Below, one piece after another: positions 49,674-60,747 of a DNA stretch of 64,000 nt; position 1 is the first letter of the stretch, and each line of letters begins with the position of its first letter. The stretch is taken from contig BCGN01000001.1 of NCBI GenBank assembly GCA_001599295.1, positions 682,001 to 746,000 on the forward strand, given 5' to 3'. Source of the DNA: Sporopachydermia quercuum. Taxonomy: Eukaryota. The notes beneath the pieces were generated by a model. The model was given only the letters and a program-made list of their open reading frames with translations. It did not search any database and was not told the DNA's origin. A program made the translations under genes and the position numbers.

Positions 49674-51248
49674 AATAACTTTTAATGTAGATACTGCTTT
49701 CTCGATCTATCTTCGTTAACCATACATTAGGATAGTAGTAAACACGCTAGATAGTTCAAAATGGCATATGGTTATAGAAAGGTTTTTAGGTCTTCAGTAG
49801 ACAATCAATACAGCTTGAAGCATCAAAACAGCCAACTTAGATTTGTAGCTTTGAACTCAATAAGTAAATATCTGCTGTGCAGGAATGAAAACTGGCACAG
49901 TATAATACACTTTGTTTGTTACTTGTAGCTCATGAAACTTGATACTAGCAATATAGACGAATATACCAATAACACGCCTGTTTTTCATACCAGTTAAGGC
50001 CAAATAACGAAAGATTAAAAGGAAGTGGGAATCGTCAAATGGAAAAGAAACTTATCACAAGCATATTTTTGGTTGGGAGTTTACCTGTCTTTTGATGTAC
50101 TTCTGAGGTTTTGTGGTTATTTGTACTGAGTTTTGAAGTGTGTTTGTTACATTTTGAGAAGGGAGGTATTCACGAGATACCGGGAGGTTTGAAAAGCCTA
50201 TTAATATATTATGTCATCAATAAAGATGTTCTAGGGCTACATAATAGGTATAGAATGATGACGGATATAAAGACAGCTTAATCCTTACAAATTACCCGTG
50301 CAGTTTAAATTATAAGAGCTAAAAACAAAAGTGAATGAAATACACAAATATCAGGTTCCCCTACAACTGAGAAATCTGACTTATCTTACCATGGATAGTT
50401 CAATGGTAGCTCATCAAACAGCTTATTTCTCTTCAGAATGCCCTGTACTTAAATACCAAACAGAAACTCTATTCTTTTAAATTTCACATGTACTACTTGC
50501 TTTTGCAATGGCGCCCAGGAAAAACATCTTATCACACAGAGTTTTTTGCTTCTCCTTTGCTATTAGAGTGTAGACGATCAATCGCGGAAGATTATTTATC
50601 AATAGTGAAGAGAAAAAAAAGGGACTATCAAAACGAAACTAACTGGAAAAAAAAAATTCAGTAATAAGTTCAAGGTAGGATTTGACTGATTGGCTTGTTG
50701 AGAATCAATATCAAGGTTGTCAAACAAACAAATTTTAGTACTACGGGGTTCCACTGTCATCCTCAGAATTCTGAATACACTGAAAAGATCGAGTTACATC
50801 TGGGAATATTTTGTTCGACTATTCCTTTAGATACGATTCATATCTTCAGATAAGAGATTAGAAGAAAGAAGAGGGTTAGATTTTGACAATAATTACTTGA
50901 ACGTGTTGAAGGATTATTTGCTTATCTTAACAGAACTTGATTGAATCACTCACTTGAAGACTTTTCATTTTTTTCACTATCAAATTGAGGGATACAGTAC
51001 CGCAACAAAGAATCATAATCAGTTTACATACATGAATTTTCCGTCTCATCAATTGGTAGTGAAATCGTAATCTTATTAAGACTGTTGAGATTTGTATTCT
51101 TTGATTGCTTGTATTTTTATTTTATATCTTTTTTTTACAATACACTTTGCCAAAGCAAAGTAACCGAATCAAAAGACACTTTACCATTTCAAGCTTTCGA
51201 CTATAATAAGATCTCCAAAGCATAATATTCGATAGAAATTACAACAAG

Positions 51249-53570
51249 ATGTCAGCTTTGGTGGATCGAGATGTTGTAAACGCAAATACTTCGAGTGTTA
51301 GTAATAATAGCTCGAGTGCTGCTGATATTGAAGATCCTTATAATGTTGCATTATTGATTGACGAATTGAAAGATGATGAGATTTCGTACAGAATCAATTC
51401 TATCAAAAACATTGACACTATTGCCAAGTCATTAGGATCACAAAGAACTCGTGAAGAATTAGTTCCTTTCTTAGAGGATATGGCCCAAGATGATGAGGAT
51501 GAAGTGATAGTTTTAATGGCAGAAGAACTAGGTCACTTTTTGCCTTTAATTGGTGGATCACAGTTTGTCGAGTGTTTAAATTCTCTATTTGAAACACTTT
51601 TATCAGCTGATGAACCTATTCAATCAAAAGCTATTGAATCATTCATTTCTATCGCAAATACAGTTGAAATAAAGGATCTTGAAGTTTCTTTAACAAAACT
51701 AGCTAAAGACTTATGTTCTAGCGATTGGGTTAGTTCTAGATTAGCTGCATCAAGCTGCTTTGTTCCTATAATGAAAAGATTACCGTCATCCGATTTACAA
51801 GATGAGTTAAATCAGGATTATTTCTCAAAATTGATATTTGATAAAACACCTATGGTCAGAAAATCAGCTGCATCCAATTTTGCAAAGATTGTTCCTCATT
51901 TGAATTTCTCTAAAGATAGCAATTCCAAAGATTTCAATAACTGCATTTATTGGAAGTTTTTTGAAACCCTGATCTCAGATAATCAAGATTCAGTTAGGCT
52001 GTTGAGTATAGATGTTTTAGTTGCTATTGCTAAAGGATTAAAGAAGCAACAACCAGAGAATTTTGAGAATGAATATAAGAGTGATTTAATAGATATTGCC
52101 ACCACCTTATTATCTGATGATAGTTGGAGAGTTCGATACATGGCAGCAGAAAGGTTTGACGATTTAGCTGCAAGTTTAGAGTCTGAAGAAATGGAAAAGA
52201 AGTTCTTAACCGTTCTGATTGATTTACTAAAAGACAATGAAGCAGAGGTCAGAACAGGTATATCTAAGCAATTACCAAGGTTTTGTCGATTTTTGCCAAG
52301 TAATTTAATCTTGGATGATATTATTCCATGTGTTAAGAAGCTATCAAAAGATTCATCTGAACATGTTCGAGCAGCTTTAGCAAGTGAATTAACTGAAATT
52401 GCTCCACATCTAGGTAAAGAGAATACAATAAAATATCTACTGCCAGTTTTTTTACGATTACTACGAGATGAAGATCCAGATGTTCGTTTGAATATAATTT
52501 CCAGGCTACGAACTATCAACAATATAGTTGGCATAGAAATGCTTTCCAAATCACTTTTGCCAGCAATCCATGAGCTTGCTGCTAATTCACAATGGAGAGT
52601 ACGATTAGAAGTCATTCGTCATGTACCTATTTTGGCTGAACAGTTTGGTACTGAATTCTTTAATGAAAGACTGGCACCGTTATGTTTAGGGTGGCTGTGG
52701 GACTCTGTATACTCAATTCGTGAAGCAGCAGTAGAAAACATTCAGAGACTAACAATGGTATTTGGTGTTGAATGGTGTAAAGAAAAAATTATTTCTGTTA
52801 TAATTAATTCACAATTGAGAGCAGAAACTGTTACTAACAATCCTGCAACAGCAGCTGCCAATGGACCAAGCGATAGAAGGGCAACAGACCGATTGGAAAG
52901 AAGCCCTAATAAATCACTTGATGAAAATGAATCCTCAGATGATGAGTTCTATACCGAAATTTTCAAAGATTTTGATGAGGAACGAAAGAACAATAATTTA
53001 GTCGTTGATTCTGATCATGAGTTTAATACGGCTCCAAATAACTATTTAGTAAGATTGACATCGTTATTTGTTCTTACGAAGATAATCCCAGTGATTGATA
53101 GTAAAACAGTTGTTGATGTGGTATTGAAATTCATCTTGGAAAACTCCATTGAAGATGAAGTGCCAAACATTAGATTCAATGTGGCTAAAACACTTTTGAT
53201 TATAGCAAAGAGATTGATTGCACCTCAAGCATTAATTGAAGATATTCAATCGACGGTGAAAGCTCAAATTGAAGAATCAAGTAACGGAGCTACAGGAGAG
53301 CTAACTGGCACCATAATCCCGCCAATAAGTCCTGTTAAATCCAGGTCAGAAAAGGAGAATAAATTACAAGAAATGAACAAAATGATTGATTGCATGAATA
53401 AACTTGTTGCACAAGAAAAAACAGAAGAGAATGCCGAAATAGTTAAAACTGTTATTCTGGAAGCTATTAAATCTAAATTAGTTGAGGATGGTGATCCTGA
53501 TGTTAGGTTTTTTGCAAAGAAAGCTGCAACTGATATTGAGGAGTTCCTAGATGTAGTAGATATGTCCTAA
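51249..53570 (+). CDS. TPD3: PP2A scaffold (A) subunit, HEAT repeats, 773 aa
   Basis: ALLIDELK..RTREELVPFL..QDDEDEV, TPMVR, WRVRYMAA, WLWDSVYSIREAA, DEVPNIRFNVAK, DPDVRFFA. Confidence 0.93.
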   Translation: MSALVDRDVVNANTSSVSNNSSSAADIEDPYNVALLIDELKDDEISYRINSIKNIDTIAKSLGSQRTREELVPFLEDMAQDDEDEVIVLMAEELGHFLPLIGGSQFVECLNSLFETLLSADEPIQSKAIESFISIANTVEIKDLEVSLTKLAKDLCSSDWVSSRLAASSCFVPIMKRLPSSDLQDELNQDYFSKLIFDKTPMVRKSAASNFAKIVPHLNFSKDSNSKDFNNCIYWKFFETLISDNQDSVRLLSIDVLVAIAKGLKKQQPENFENEYKSDLIDIATTLLSDDSWRVRYMAAERFDDLAASLESEEMEKKFLTVLIDLLKDNEAEVRTGISKQLPRFCRFLPSNLILDDIIPCVKKLSKDSSEHVRAALASELTEIAPHLGKENTIKYLLPVFLRLLRDEDPDVRLNIISRLRTINNIVGIEMLSKSLLPAIHELAANSQWRVRLEVIRHVPILAEQFGTEFFNERLAPLCLGWLWDSVYSIREAAVENIQRLTMVFGVEWCKEKIISVIINSQLRAETVTNNPATAAANGPSDRRATDRLERSPNKSLDENESSDDEFYTEIFKDFDEERKNNNLVVDSDHEFNTAPNNYLVRLTSLFVLTKIIPVIDSKTVVDVVLKFILENSIEDEVPNIRFNVAKTLLIIAKRLIAPQALIEDIQSTVKAQIEESSNGATGELTGTIIPPISPVKSRSEKENKLQEMNKMIDCMNKLVAQEKTEENAEIVKTVILEAIKSKLVEDGDPDVRFFAKKAATDIEEFLDVVDMS

Positions 53571-54407
53571 TAATGTGTACTTGTTACTGTTTCAAATTGT
53601 TCTGATTAGTATTTAAATTCATGCTTATTTATGTATTAACTAATGTTTCACAGTGTTGAACTAGATTCTTTAATAGTCGTAGGCTCGAGTAGTTTTGTTG
53701 TACCACATGATATGATTATGATTGTGAATGAAGTTTATGTATGAGTATGCATACTTCTGTAAAAATTGCCGAGATGCATATTTCAGCATGCACTCTCGCA
53801 ATGAATACTTATATATAGAATTAACTGAATCATTGATATTTTGTTTCAATATTATATACATAAATAAGCAATTTCTTGAATAAAAAAGAAATTATTATTT
53901 ATTATTTCGATTCCCTGTATACTCAATTATCTTTCTGCTATTGCTATTCTTCTCAAAACTTTGGCGCTTATGCATATTCGTATTAACATTATCCATCAAA
54001 AATTTTCACTTGCTCCCCAGTATATAATAAATGGTTCATCAAATCAGGAAACTTCGACCAATTTCATTCTCGTAACAGCCTCACGCTGACGTTCCATTGA
54101 CTGTTACAGTTTGTATTTCTTGATAAGAATAATATAGGAAGCTAGTATTGAGCCAATCTTCATGCTTGATACTTTGATTTTGAATGACTCACTTTTCTAT
54201 CATGTTTTCAATAAGGTATATAAGGTAACTAGCAACCTTCGAAAGACTGTAGAGTCTCACATGCAATTAGAATAAGTGGTTTATTATTGCTTACAGCGTG
54301 CGAGCTGAGCGTATGATAATATGAAAACTTGCAGCAAACAGTAGCTAATATCTTGCTAATTTATACGTAATTAAATTGTGCATAATTCCTTCATAGATAA
54401 ATGCATA

Positions 54408-55421
54408 ATGACTAAGCCTAAAGTTCTTATCGTTGGTTTTGTTCAGTTTGCTGATGAAGCTCTTGAGAAATTTAAGAAATCAGCTGAAGTGTCTATTTAT
54501 TTCCCAAAATCTCGAGAAGAGCTTGCTGAAGCATTGTTAAAGAAGTTCAACGATGTTCAGCATATTTTCTATGGATGGCAAGTTCTTCCAACAATTGGAA
54601 GATTCGATAAAGAATTGCTCGAGGCTTGCCCAACCAGTTTGAAATCAGTATCATGCAATGCATCTGGTTACGATTATGTTGATGTTGATGGGCTCACTAA
54701 AAGAAAAGTTAGAGTTTCTAATACTCCAGGTTGTGTTGATTCTGCTACCGCGGATTTAAATCTGTTTTTGTTACTTGGGGCCATGAGAAATTTGAACCAA
54801 GGATTGAAAGTTCTGAGAGATGGTTTTTTCAAACAACGTTTCCTAGAAGATAAAGTGCAGATTGGTAGGGATCCAAGATCAAGAGTATTGGGAGTTTTAG
54901 GTATGGGAGGTATTGGTCAGGCATTGAGAGATAGAGCTAAACCTTTAGGATTCAAGAAAATTGTGTACTATAATAGAAGAAGGTTGCCAGAGAAACAGGA
55001 AGGTGGTGCTGAATATGTTTCACTGGAGGAGTTATTTGCAGTAGCAGATGTCATTTCGATTACTGTTCCGTTGAACGCAAACACTCGACACTTGATTAAT
55101 AAAGATACAATTGCCAAGATGAAAGATGATGTAGTGATAGTTAATTTAGCTAGAGGACCAGTTATTCATGAGCAAGCTTTAGTAGATGCTTTAAAGTCAG
55201 GAAAGGTTGGTTCTGTTGGTCTCGATGTTTTTGAATTTGAACCTGAAGTTCATCCTGATTTGGTTTCAAATGATAAAGTTATCCTTACTCCTCATATTGG
55301 AGCATGGACAGATTTAACCCAAGGAGACATGGAAGCTGCTGCGATGGCCAATATTGACAGTATGATCAAAACCGGTCGTGTGATTAACAGTGTTCCAGAA
55401 CAAGAGAACATGAGCTTTTAA
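54408..55421 (+). CDS. D-2-hydroxyacid dehydrogenase / glyoxylate reductase-like, copy 1, 337 aa
   Basis: GMGGIG Rossmann motif, NLARG, LDVFEFEP and PHIG catalytic motifs; ATG 54408 (MTKPKVL). Confidence 0.93.
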   Translation: MTKPKVLIVGFVQFADEALEKFKKSAEVSIYFPKSREELAEALLKKFNDVQHIFYGWQVLPTIGRFDKELLEACPTSLKSVSCNASGYDYVDVDGLTKRKVRVSNTPGCVDSATADLNLFLLLGAMRNLNQGLKVLRDGFFKQRFLEDKVQIGRDPRSRVLGVLGMGGIGQALRDRAKPLGFKKIVYYNRRRLPEKQEGGAEYVSLEELFAVADVISITVPLNANTRHLINKDTIAKMKDDVVIVNLARGPVIHEQALVDALKSGKVGSVGLDVFEFEPEVHPDLVSNDKVILTPHIGAWTDLTQGDMEAAAMANIDSMIKTGRVINSVPEQENMSF

Positions 55422-55614
55422 AAGGAGAAGCTGTTTATAAACTTCATTTTAATAGTGGCACTGAAATTGCATTGGATAAAGACTCTCTGAGAGGGATGTC
55501 GTTATATATAGTTATTACTTTAGAAATTATGCAGTTGCTCCAGTAACTATAAAGATTCAACAAGAATTATATTTTAAATGGTCACATCTATAATCTATGG
55601 TTCCTGGCATGTAG

Positions 55615-56649
55615 TCATAAGCTTAGGATTCCTTGTTGTTCTTTGATAATGGCCGGTAACTTGCCGTTAATAACTTCTTCAATTAGACTATCAACAACAT
55701 AATCTTGCATTCCCTCAATACATTCACGAGTAAATGCACCAATATGAGGTAGCAAAACAGCACGACGATTCTTCAATAATCCTTCATGAATCTTTGGTTC
55801 ATGTTCGAAAACATCTAAGCCAACGTTTCTAATCTTTCCCGATTCTAATCCATCAACTAAGGCCTGCTCGTCAATAACTGGACCTCTAGCGGTGTTGATG
55901 ATCACAACACCATCCTTCATTTGTGAGATTGTATTTTTATTAATCAAATGGGTTGTATTAGCATTCAAAGGAACATTAATTGAGATGACATCAGACTGTT
56001 TGATCAATTCACCAAATGTAACATATTCAGAGTCTTCTTCTAATTCAGGACTTAATTTACTTCTATTATAATAAATAATCTTCTTAAATCCTAAAGGTCT
56101 CGCTCTGTCTCTAACAGCTCTACCAATACCTCCCATACCGACAATTCCCAGAACTGAAGACCTGGGATCAACAGGCACATCTAAATCTATACCGTCTCTG
56201 AATTTACCTTCTCTCAAGGCTTGAGCGAATTCACCGAAATTTCTCAATGCTCCTAATAAAAGATATAGATGTGTATCAGCAGTTGCACTATCAGCAGCAG
56301 CTACCACATTGGAGATTCTGATTCCGTATTTTGTATATGTATCAATGTCCTTAAGATGGTCATAACCAGCACCAATTGATACAATAGCTTTCACTTTAGT
56401 GTATTTATGTAGAGCTTCGGCGATCTCTCCATCAAAATTACCAACAACAGGAATAATTCTGAAAGTATAGTATAAAGCTACTGCATCCTTATATTTAGTT
56501 TCTAGATCCTTGATGAATGATGGTCTATCTTTTGAGTCCACAGTAATTACTTCAGCTACTTCATGAAGCTTGTCAATATAGCGGCCATCCCTGTATTTAG
56601 TTCCTTCCAGATCGGCCGCTGTAAGAAGAACTATAGGCTTAACAGTCAT
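55615..56649 (-). CDS. D-2-hydroxyacid dehydrogenase / glyoxylate reductase-like, copy 2, 344 aa
   Basis: GAGYD, GMGGIG, NTARG, LDVFEHEP, PHIG. Confidence 0.93.
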   Translation of the reverse strand: MTVKPIVLLTAADLEGTKYRDGRYIDKLHEVAEVITVDSKDRPSFIKDLETKYKDAVALYYTFRIIPVVGNFDGEIAEALHKYTKVKAIVSIGAGYDHLKDIDTYTKYGIRISNVVAAADSATADTHLYLLLGALRNFGEFAQALREGKFRDGIDLDVPVDPRSSVLGIVGMGGIGRAVRDRARPLGFKKIIYYNRSKLSPELEEDSEYVTFGELIKQSDVISINVPLNANTTHLINKNTISQMKDGVVIINTARGPVIDEQALVDGLESGKIRNVGLDVFEHEPKIHEGLLKNRRAVLLPHIGAFTRECIEGMQDYVVDSLIEEVINGKLPAIIKEQQGILSL

Positions 56650-58106
56650 TTTGTGTACTGGTTGGTTATAAATTTGCTTGATTCAACTATTGAAGTTTTC
56701 GTACTAGTTTATATCACGGCGCTACAACAGTCTGAAATGCTTCCAGTCACTATTTGATACTTGACAAACTATATATGATAATTATATATAAAAATAATAA
56801 AACCAAGGAAGGAGGAAATATCATCAGAGGTATCTAGGCTCTTCTATATATACTCCCAAATGAACAAACTTGCTGAAATTATATATACGGACTTATAGAA
56901 AAATCTCCGGATAACTATACTAACGTAAGCGTTTGATATCAGGTCTTAGGTTGAAGTAATTACTAATCTATATCGATTCTTTTGAAGATTTACCCAGTTT
57001 ATTATAGTAATTAGGTTAGCCTATGGATGAAAGATATGTCTGCTAAGTTGACCAATGATTGAGTTGAATAGTTGAATAGAAATTGCGTCAAATACTATAT
57101 TTTTACATCTATTTCTTGAAGAATTCGCGTAACATTTATGTAATCGTATTCCAACGGGTTTATTGATAATTGATTGGTATTTTTCTCGTAATAAATGAAT
57201 ACTGATTCAATTCATATGACATTTGGAACTCTCGCGTCATCAAAGTGAAGAATTGGTAATAAAGAAAGTTTGACAGTAATCGTAGAACTAAGTTAGCTTA
57301 GATTTCATGCATAATGATGCATGATTGGTGCATGAGAGGAGTCAGTGGTTGCAAAGTAGTTATTCTTGATAGAATATTAAAAATTTTGGGGGTTCTGAAT
57401 GATTTGAAATAATCGAAAAGAATACTGAAAATTGGTTCTGATGGTTTGGAGGAATTTTGGCCCTCAAGTACACTAATTTTGATTGTAGGTGTCCACCGAC
57501 TTAGGCTGTTGGGGAAGGTCTTGAGAGGTTATGGGATTTAAGTACAGTACACATGATAATCAAATTTCCATGTCGCAACAATCAATTGCTCAATATCAAA
57601 GCTGATTGCCAAAGCTAAATTGACAGCTTACTTAAATTTCTTTAATTACTGGTGGAAGTGTGTGTTGTGAACTCAAATTATTATTAAAGCTTTTATCTAG
57701 TACCATAATTCATAACGGTAGTCGTAATGGCGCGAATTATGGCATTTCAGAAATTTCATCATGATTACTACCGGATTGAGTAAACAAACAGATTATCTCC
57801 TATTATGGGAATACCTTCCATAAATGGTCTGTTGTGATTTTTCCGTTTCTGACAAGCATAATCACATTTGATCGATGATCTGACTAGGAACAATGAAAAA
57901 TGATTAGTAGACTCAAAGATATCAATAGATGCAAAGATCTGGTCATTACAATAGTGAAAATTATGATAAGTATAAATTGGATAACTGATATTTAATTGGC
58001 AACTGATTGATTGATTGATTGCTTGTTTTTGTAGTCACTCTGATTTGATCTTGCTGACTTCATTTTCTTGACAATTTAAGTTGAAATGGAAAGGTGAGAA
58101 AGTGTC

Positions 58107-58658
58107 ATGTCGATTCTTACATCTTCACTACCAGCCCAATTTATAGCACTCAGTTCTATTTCAACGCCAGAAGAAGCTGCCAAAGGAAAACAAGGATCTC
58201 AATATGTTGATTTGATTGCAAAATTTCTAACTGAGAAGAAACTTTCAGTTCTGGATGATGCAACACAATCAATTGTCCAGTCTTTGGAACTTTATGATTT
58301 GAAAGTGCAGAGGAAGAGGAGACATTATTCGTTCAGTAACTCCAGTGATGGTGAGAACGAGATGGATGGAGTCCAGGTTTATGGCATGATATCACCAAAG
58401 AAAAGGAAGTTAGCTGTCGGAAATGATATTCAAGAAAGGTTGAAGAACTTACAAATGAACCAGTTGTCTCCCGTTTCCATAATATCATATAGACCCAAGA
58501 AGGGATCCGCTAAGTTTTTCTGTATGGACCAGCACTCAATTGCCCAAGTAAATGCATTGAGACATTTTAACTGCGAAGAAATCTATTGTAGGATATTGAC
58601 TGTGTGTGACAGACAATTGAAAATGTTCGGATTGGAGCATCTTCTGTATAAGGGATGA
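58107..58658 (+). CDS. Hypothetical 183-aa protein with basic NLS-like motif
   Basis: Stand-alone ATG ORF with protein-like composition and SPKKRK and RKRRH motifs; no family recognised. Confidence 0.65.
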   Translation: MSILTSSLPAQFIALSSISTPEEAAKGKQGSQYVDLIAKFLTEKKLSVLDDATQSIVQSLELYDLKVQRKRRHYSFSNSSDGENEMDGVQVYGMISPKKRKLAVGNDIQERLKNLQMNQLSPVSIISYRPKKGSAKFFCMDQHSIAQVNALRHFNCEEIYCRILTVCDRQLKMFGLEHLLYKG

Positions 58659-59052
58659 ATATCACAATGTGAAGCAAGAAAAGAAAGAAGAGAAGATTGT
58701 TTCATTGTATGGCCTATGATTATAATAAAGGGAAGTAATATGTGTGGCACAGTGAAAAATAATAGTTAGTAACAAGTTGAAAAATATCATTATATGATGA
58801 TTCAAATCAGTAATGGTAATGCTAAAATGAGGACAAAGTATTTCAGATATCATAAGATTGTAGATAGCAGATACTCTAAAATTTCATTCAGTGTTATTTA
58901 CTATTAATATACTAGAGAAAACAACTCAACTATACTCCAGGAGTCTTTGTAGTTGCTTGAGGAAATAAAAATCGAAATACGTGGTTCACTAATGAAACAA
59001 ATGGTATATTCTCAAAAAGCTATATTCTCACTAAACAGAGTGACAAGATAAA

Positions 59053-60057
59053 CTAAAACTCAACATTAGTTTGCTCAGGAACAATAGTTAAAACCTTACC
59101 AGTTGTCAAACAAGAGTCAAGATTATCAATGACATGCTCTTCCATATGTTTCTGGGTTTCGTAAGTGTGTGTACCAAGATGAGGAACAACACATACATTT
59201 TCACTCTCTAATAAGTATGGATGTACAACAGGTTCATGTTCAAAAACATCCAGGCCAACATTTCTAATTTTTCCTGATTTCAACCCTTCAACCAAAGCAT
59301 CTTCATCAATCACTGCACCTCTAGCTGTATTGACGATAACCACACCTTCTTTCATTTTGGATATAGCTTCTTTATCAATTATATGTCTAGTATAAGGATT
59401 CAAAGGAATGTTAACGGAGATAACATCAGATTTGATCAATAACTCTTCATATGAAACATATTTAGCGCCTCCTTCAAGCTCCGGAGATAATCTAGATCTG
59501 TTGTAGTAGATTATTTTCTCAAAGCCTAAAGGCTTTATTCTGTCTCTAACAGCTCTACCAATACCTCCCATACCAAGAATACCAAAAGTTTTTCCTTCAG
59601 GATCATGTCCCACAGGGATGTCTTTCTTCCACGCATTTCGTCTCAATTGACAAGTCCCAAAAGGAAAATTCCTCATAGCACCTAGTAAAAGATATAAATG
59701 TGTATCAGCTGTGGCATTGTTAACCTTTTCAGGAACGTTTGAAACCTGAATACCTCTCTTCGTATAAAAATCAACATCTATTTGATCATATCCAGCACCG
59801 TTATGACAAATACATCTCACAGTAGATGGCATATGCTTACTGAGCTCCTCATCAAAACGTCCAGTGATCTTCACTGAATCGAAAGTACGATAAAATCCAA
59901 ACACATCATGGTATTTGCCCTTGAGATCTGAAATAAATTCTTCTCTATTCTTGGATGAGACTTCTAAAAGCTCAGCATGTTTTGACAAAGATGCCCATTT
60001 TTCAGTAGCCCAGACAATCTTTCCAAGTAATAGAACTTTCGGTTTAGCAGTAGTCAT
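59053..60057 (-). CDS. GOR1: Glyoxylate reductase, most Gor1-like copy (copy 3), 334 aa
   Basis: YRTFDSVKITGRFDEEL, CHNGAGYDQID, NATADTHLYLLLGAMRNF, VGHDPEGKT, NTARG, PHLGTHTYET. Confidence 0.85.
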   Translation of the reverse strand: MTTAKPKVLLLGKIVWATEKWASLSKHAELLEVSSKNREEFISDLKGKYHDVFGFYRTFDSVKITGRFDEELSKHMPSTVRCICHNGAGYDQIDVDFYTKRGIQVSNVPEKVNNATADTHLYLLLGAMRNFPFGTCQLRRNAWKKDIPVGHDPEGKTFGILGMGGIGRAVRDRIKPLGFEKIIYYNRSRLSPELEGGAKYVSYEELLIKSDVISVNIPLNPYTRHIIDKEAISKMKEGVVIVNTARGAVIDEDALVEGLKSGKIRNVGLDVFEHEPVVHPYLLESENVCVVPHLGTHTYETQKHMEEHVIDNLDSCLTTGKVLTIVPEQTNVEF

Positions 60058-60747
60058 TGTGTTTATAGATAAGTGTCATACGATCAAATGTATGTATATT
60101 TGATATGCTCAGCACTCAATTGTTTTACCTTAGCAATTGAAACTCGTAGATTAATTACACGCTTGATGATCTGGATTGTATTATTAATCAGTACAGATTT
60201 GTCTTTTAAAAGAAGTCCCACAGTTGATGTCTTTTATTATATTATTTTGATGTATCATCAACTCGTTCAAGAAGTTCATTTGAATAAGAATTGTTGTGGT
60301 ACGTTTATCCATTCTTGAGGTATTATTGCATCTGTAGTGATATAATCTTCTAATCTCGTAAACATTATTCCGGCCTACTTACTGATAAGAATTTGAAAGG
60401 GGAAAATTTTAGAGGCGAAAGAGGAGAATCGGGAATATAATGGAAGTATGTAATATGGGACGGCGGGAATGAACTAATCTCTTTCTGCGTTTGTAGCAAG
60501 AAGGTGGTTAAATAAAAAGAAGAAAATCTGGCGATGAATGTCTAGAAGGATTTCCTTGTAATGTTCTAAACGATTAGGTGAATGCAGTTACAATGTGAAT
60601 AATTTTCGAAGTGTAAATAGTACAGTTTATATTTATTTTTAAATTGATTTACCAAAATTTACAGAAGTGGAAGAAATCAAGAAAAACCCAGCCGAAGAGA
60701 ATATGAAAGCATGTCAAATAAGAAAGTCGTCCTAGATTTTAGTAGAA

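Noticed and set aside
51983..52615. Long antisense ORFs (210 aa here; others inside YTA12, NUP85, HOS4 and the macro-domain gene)
   Set aside because: Shadow frames of real genes, with composition dictated by the sense strand and often non-ATG starts.
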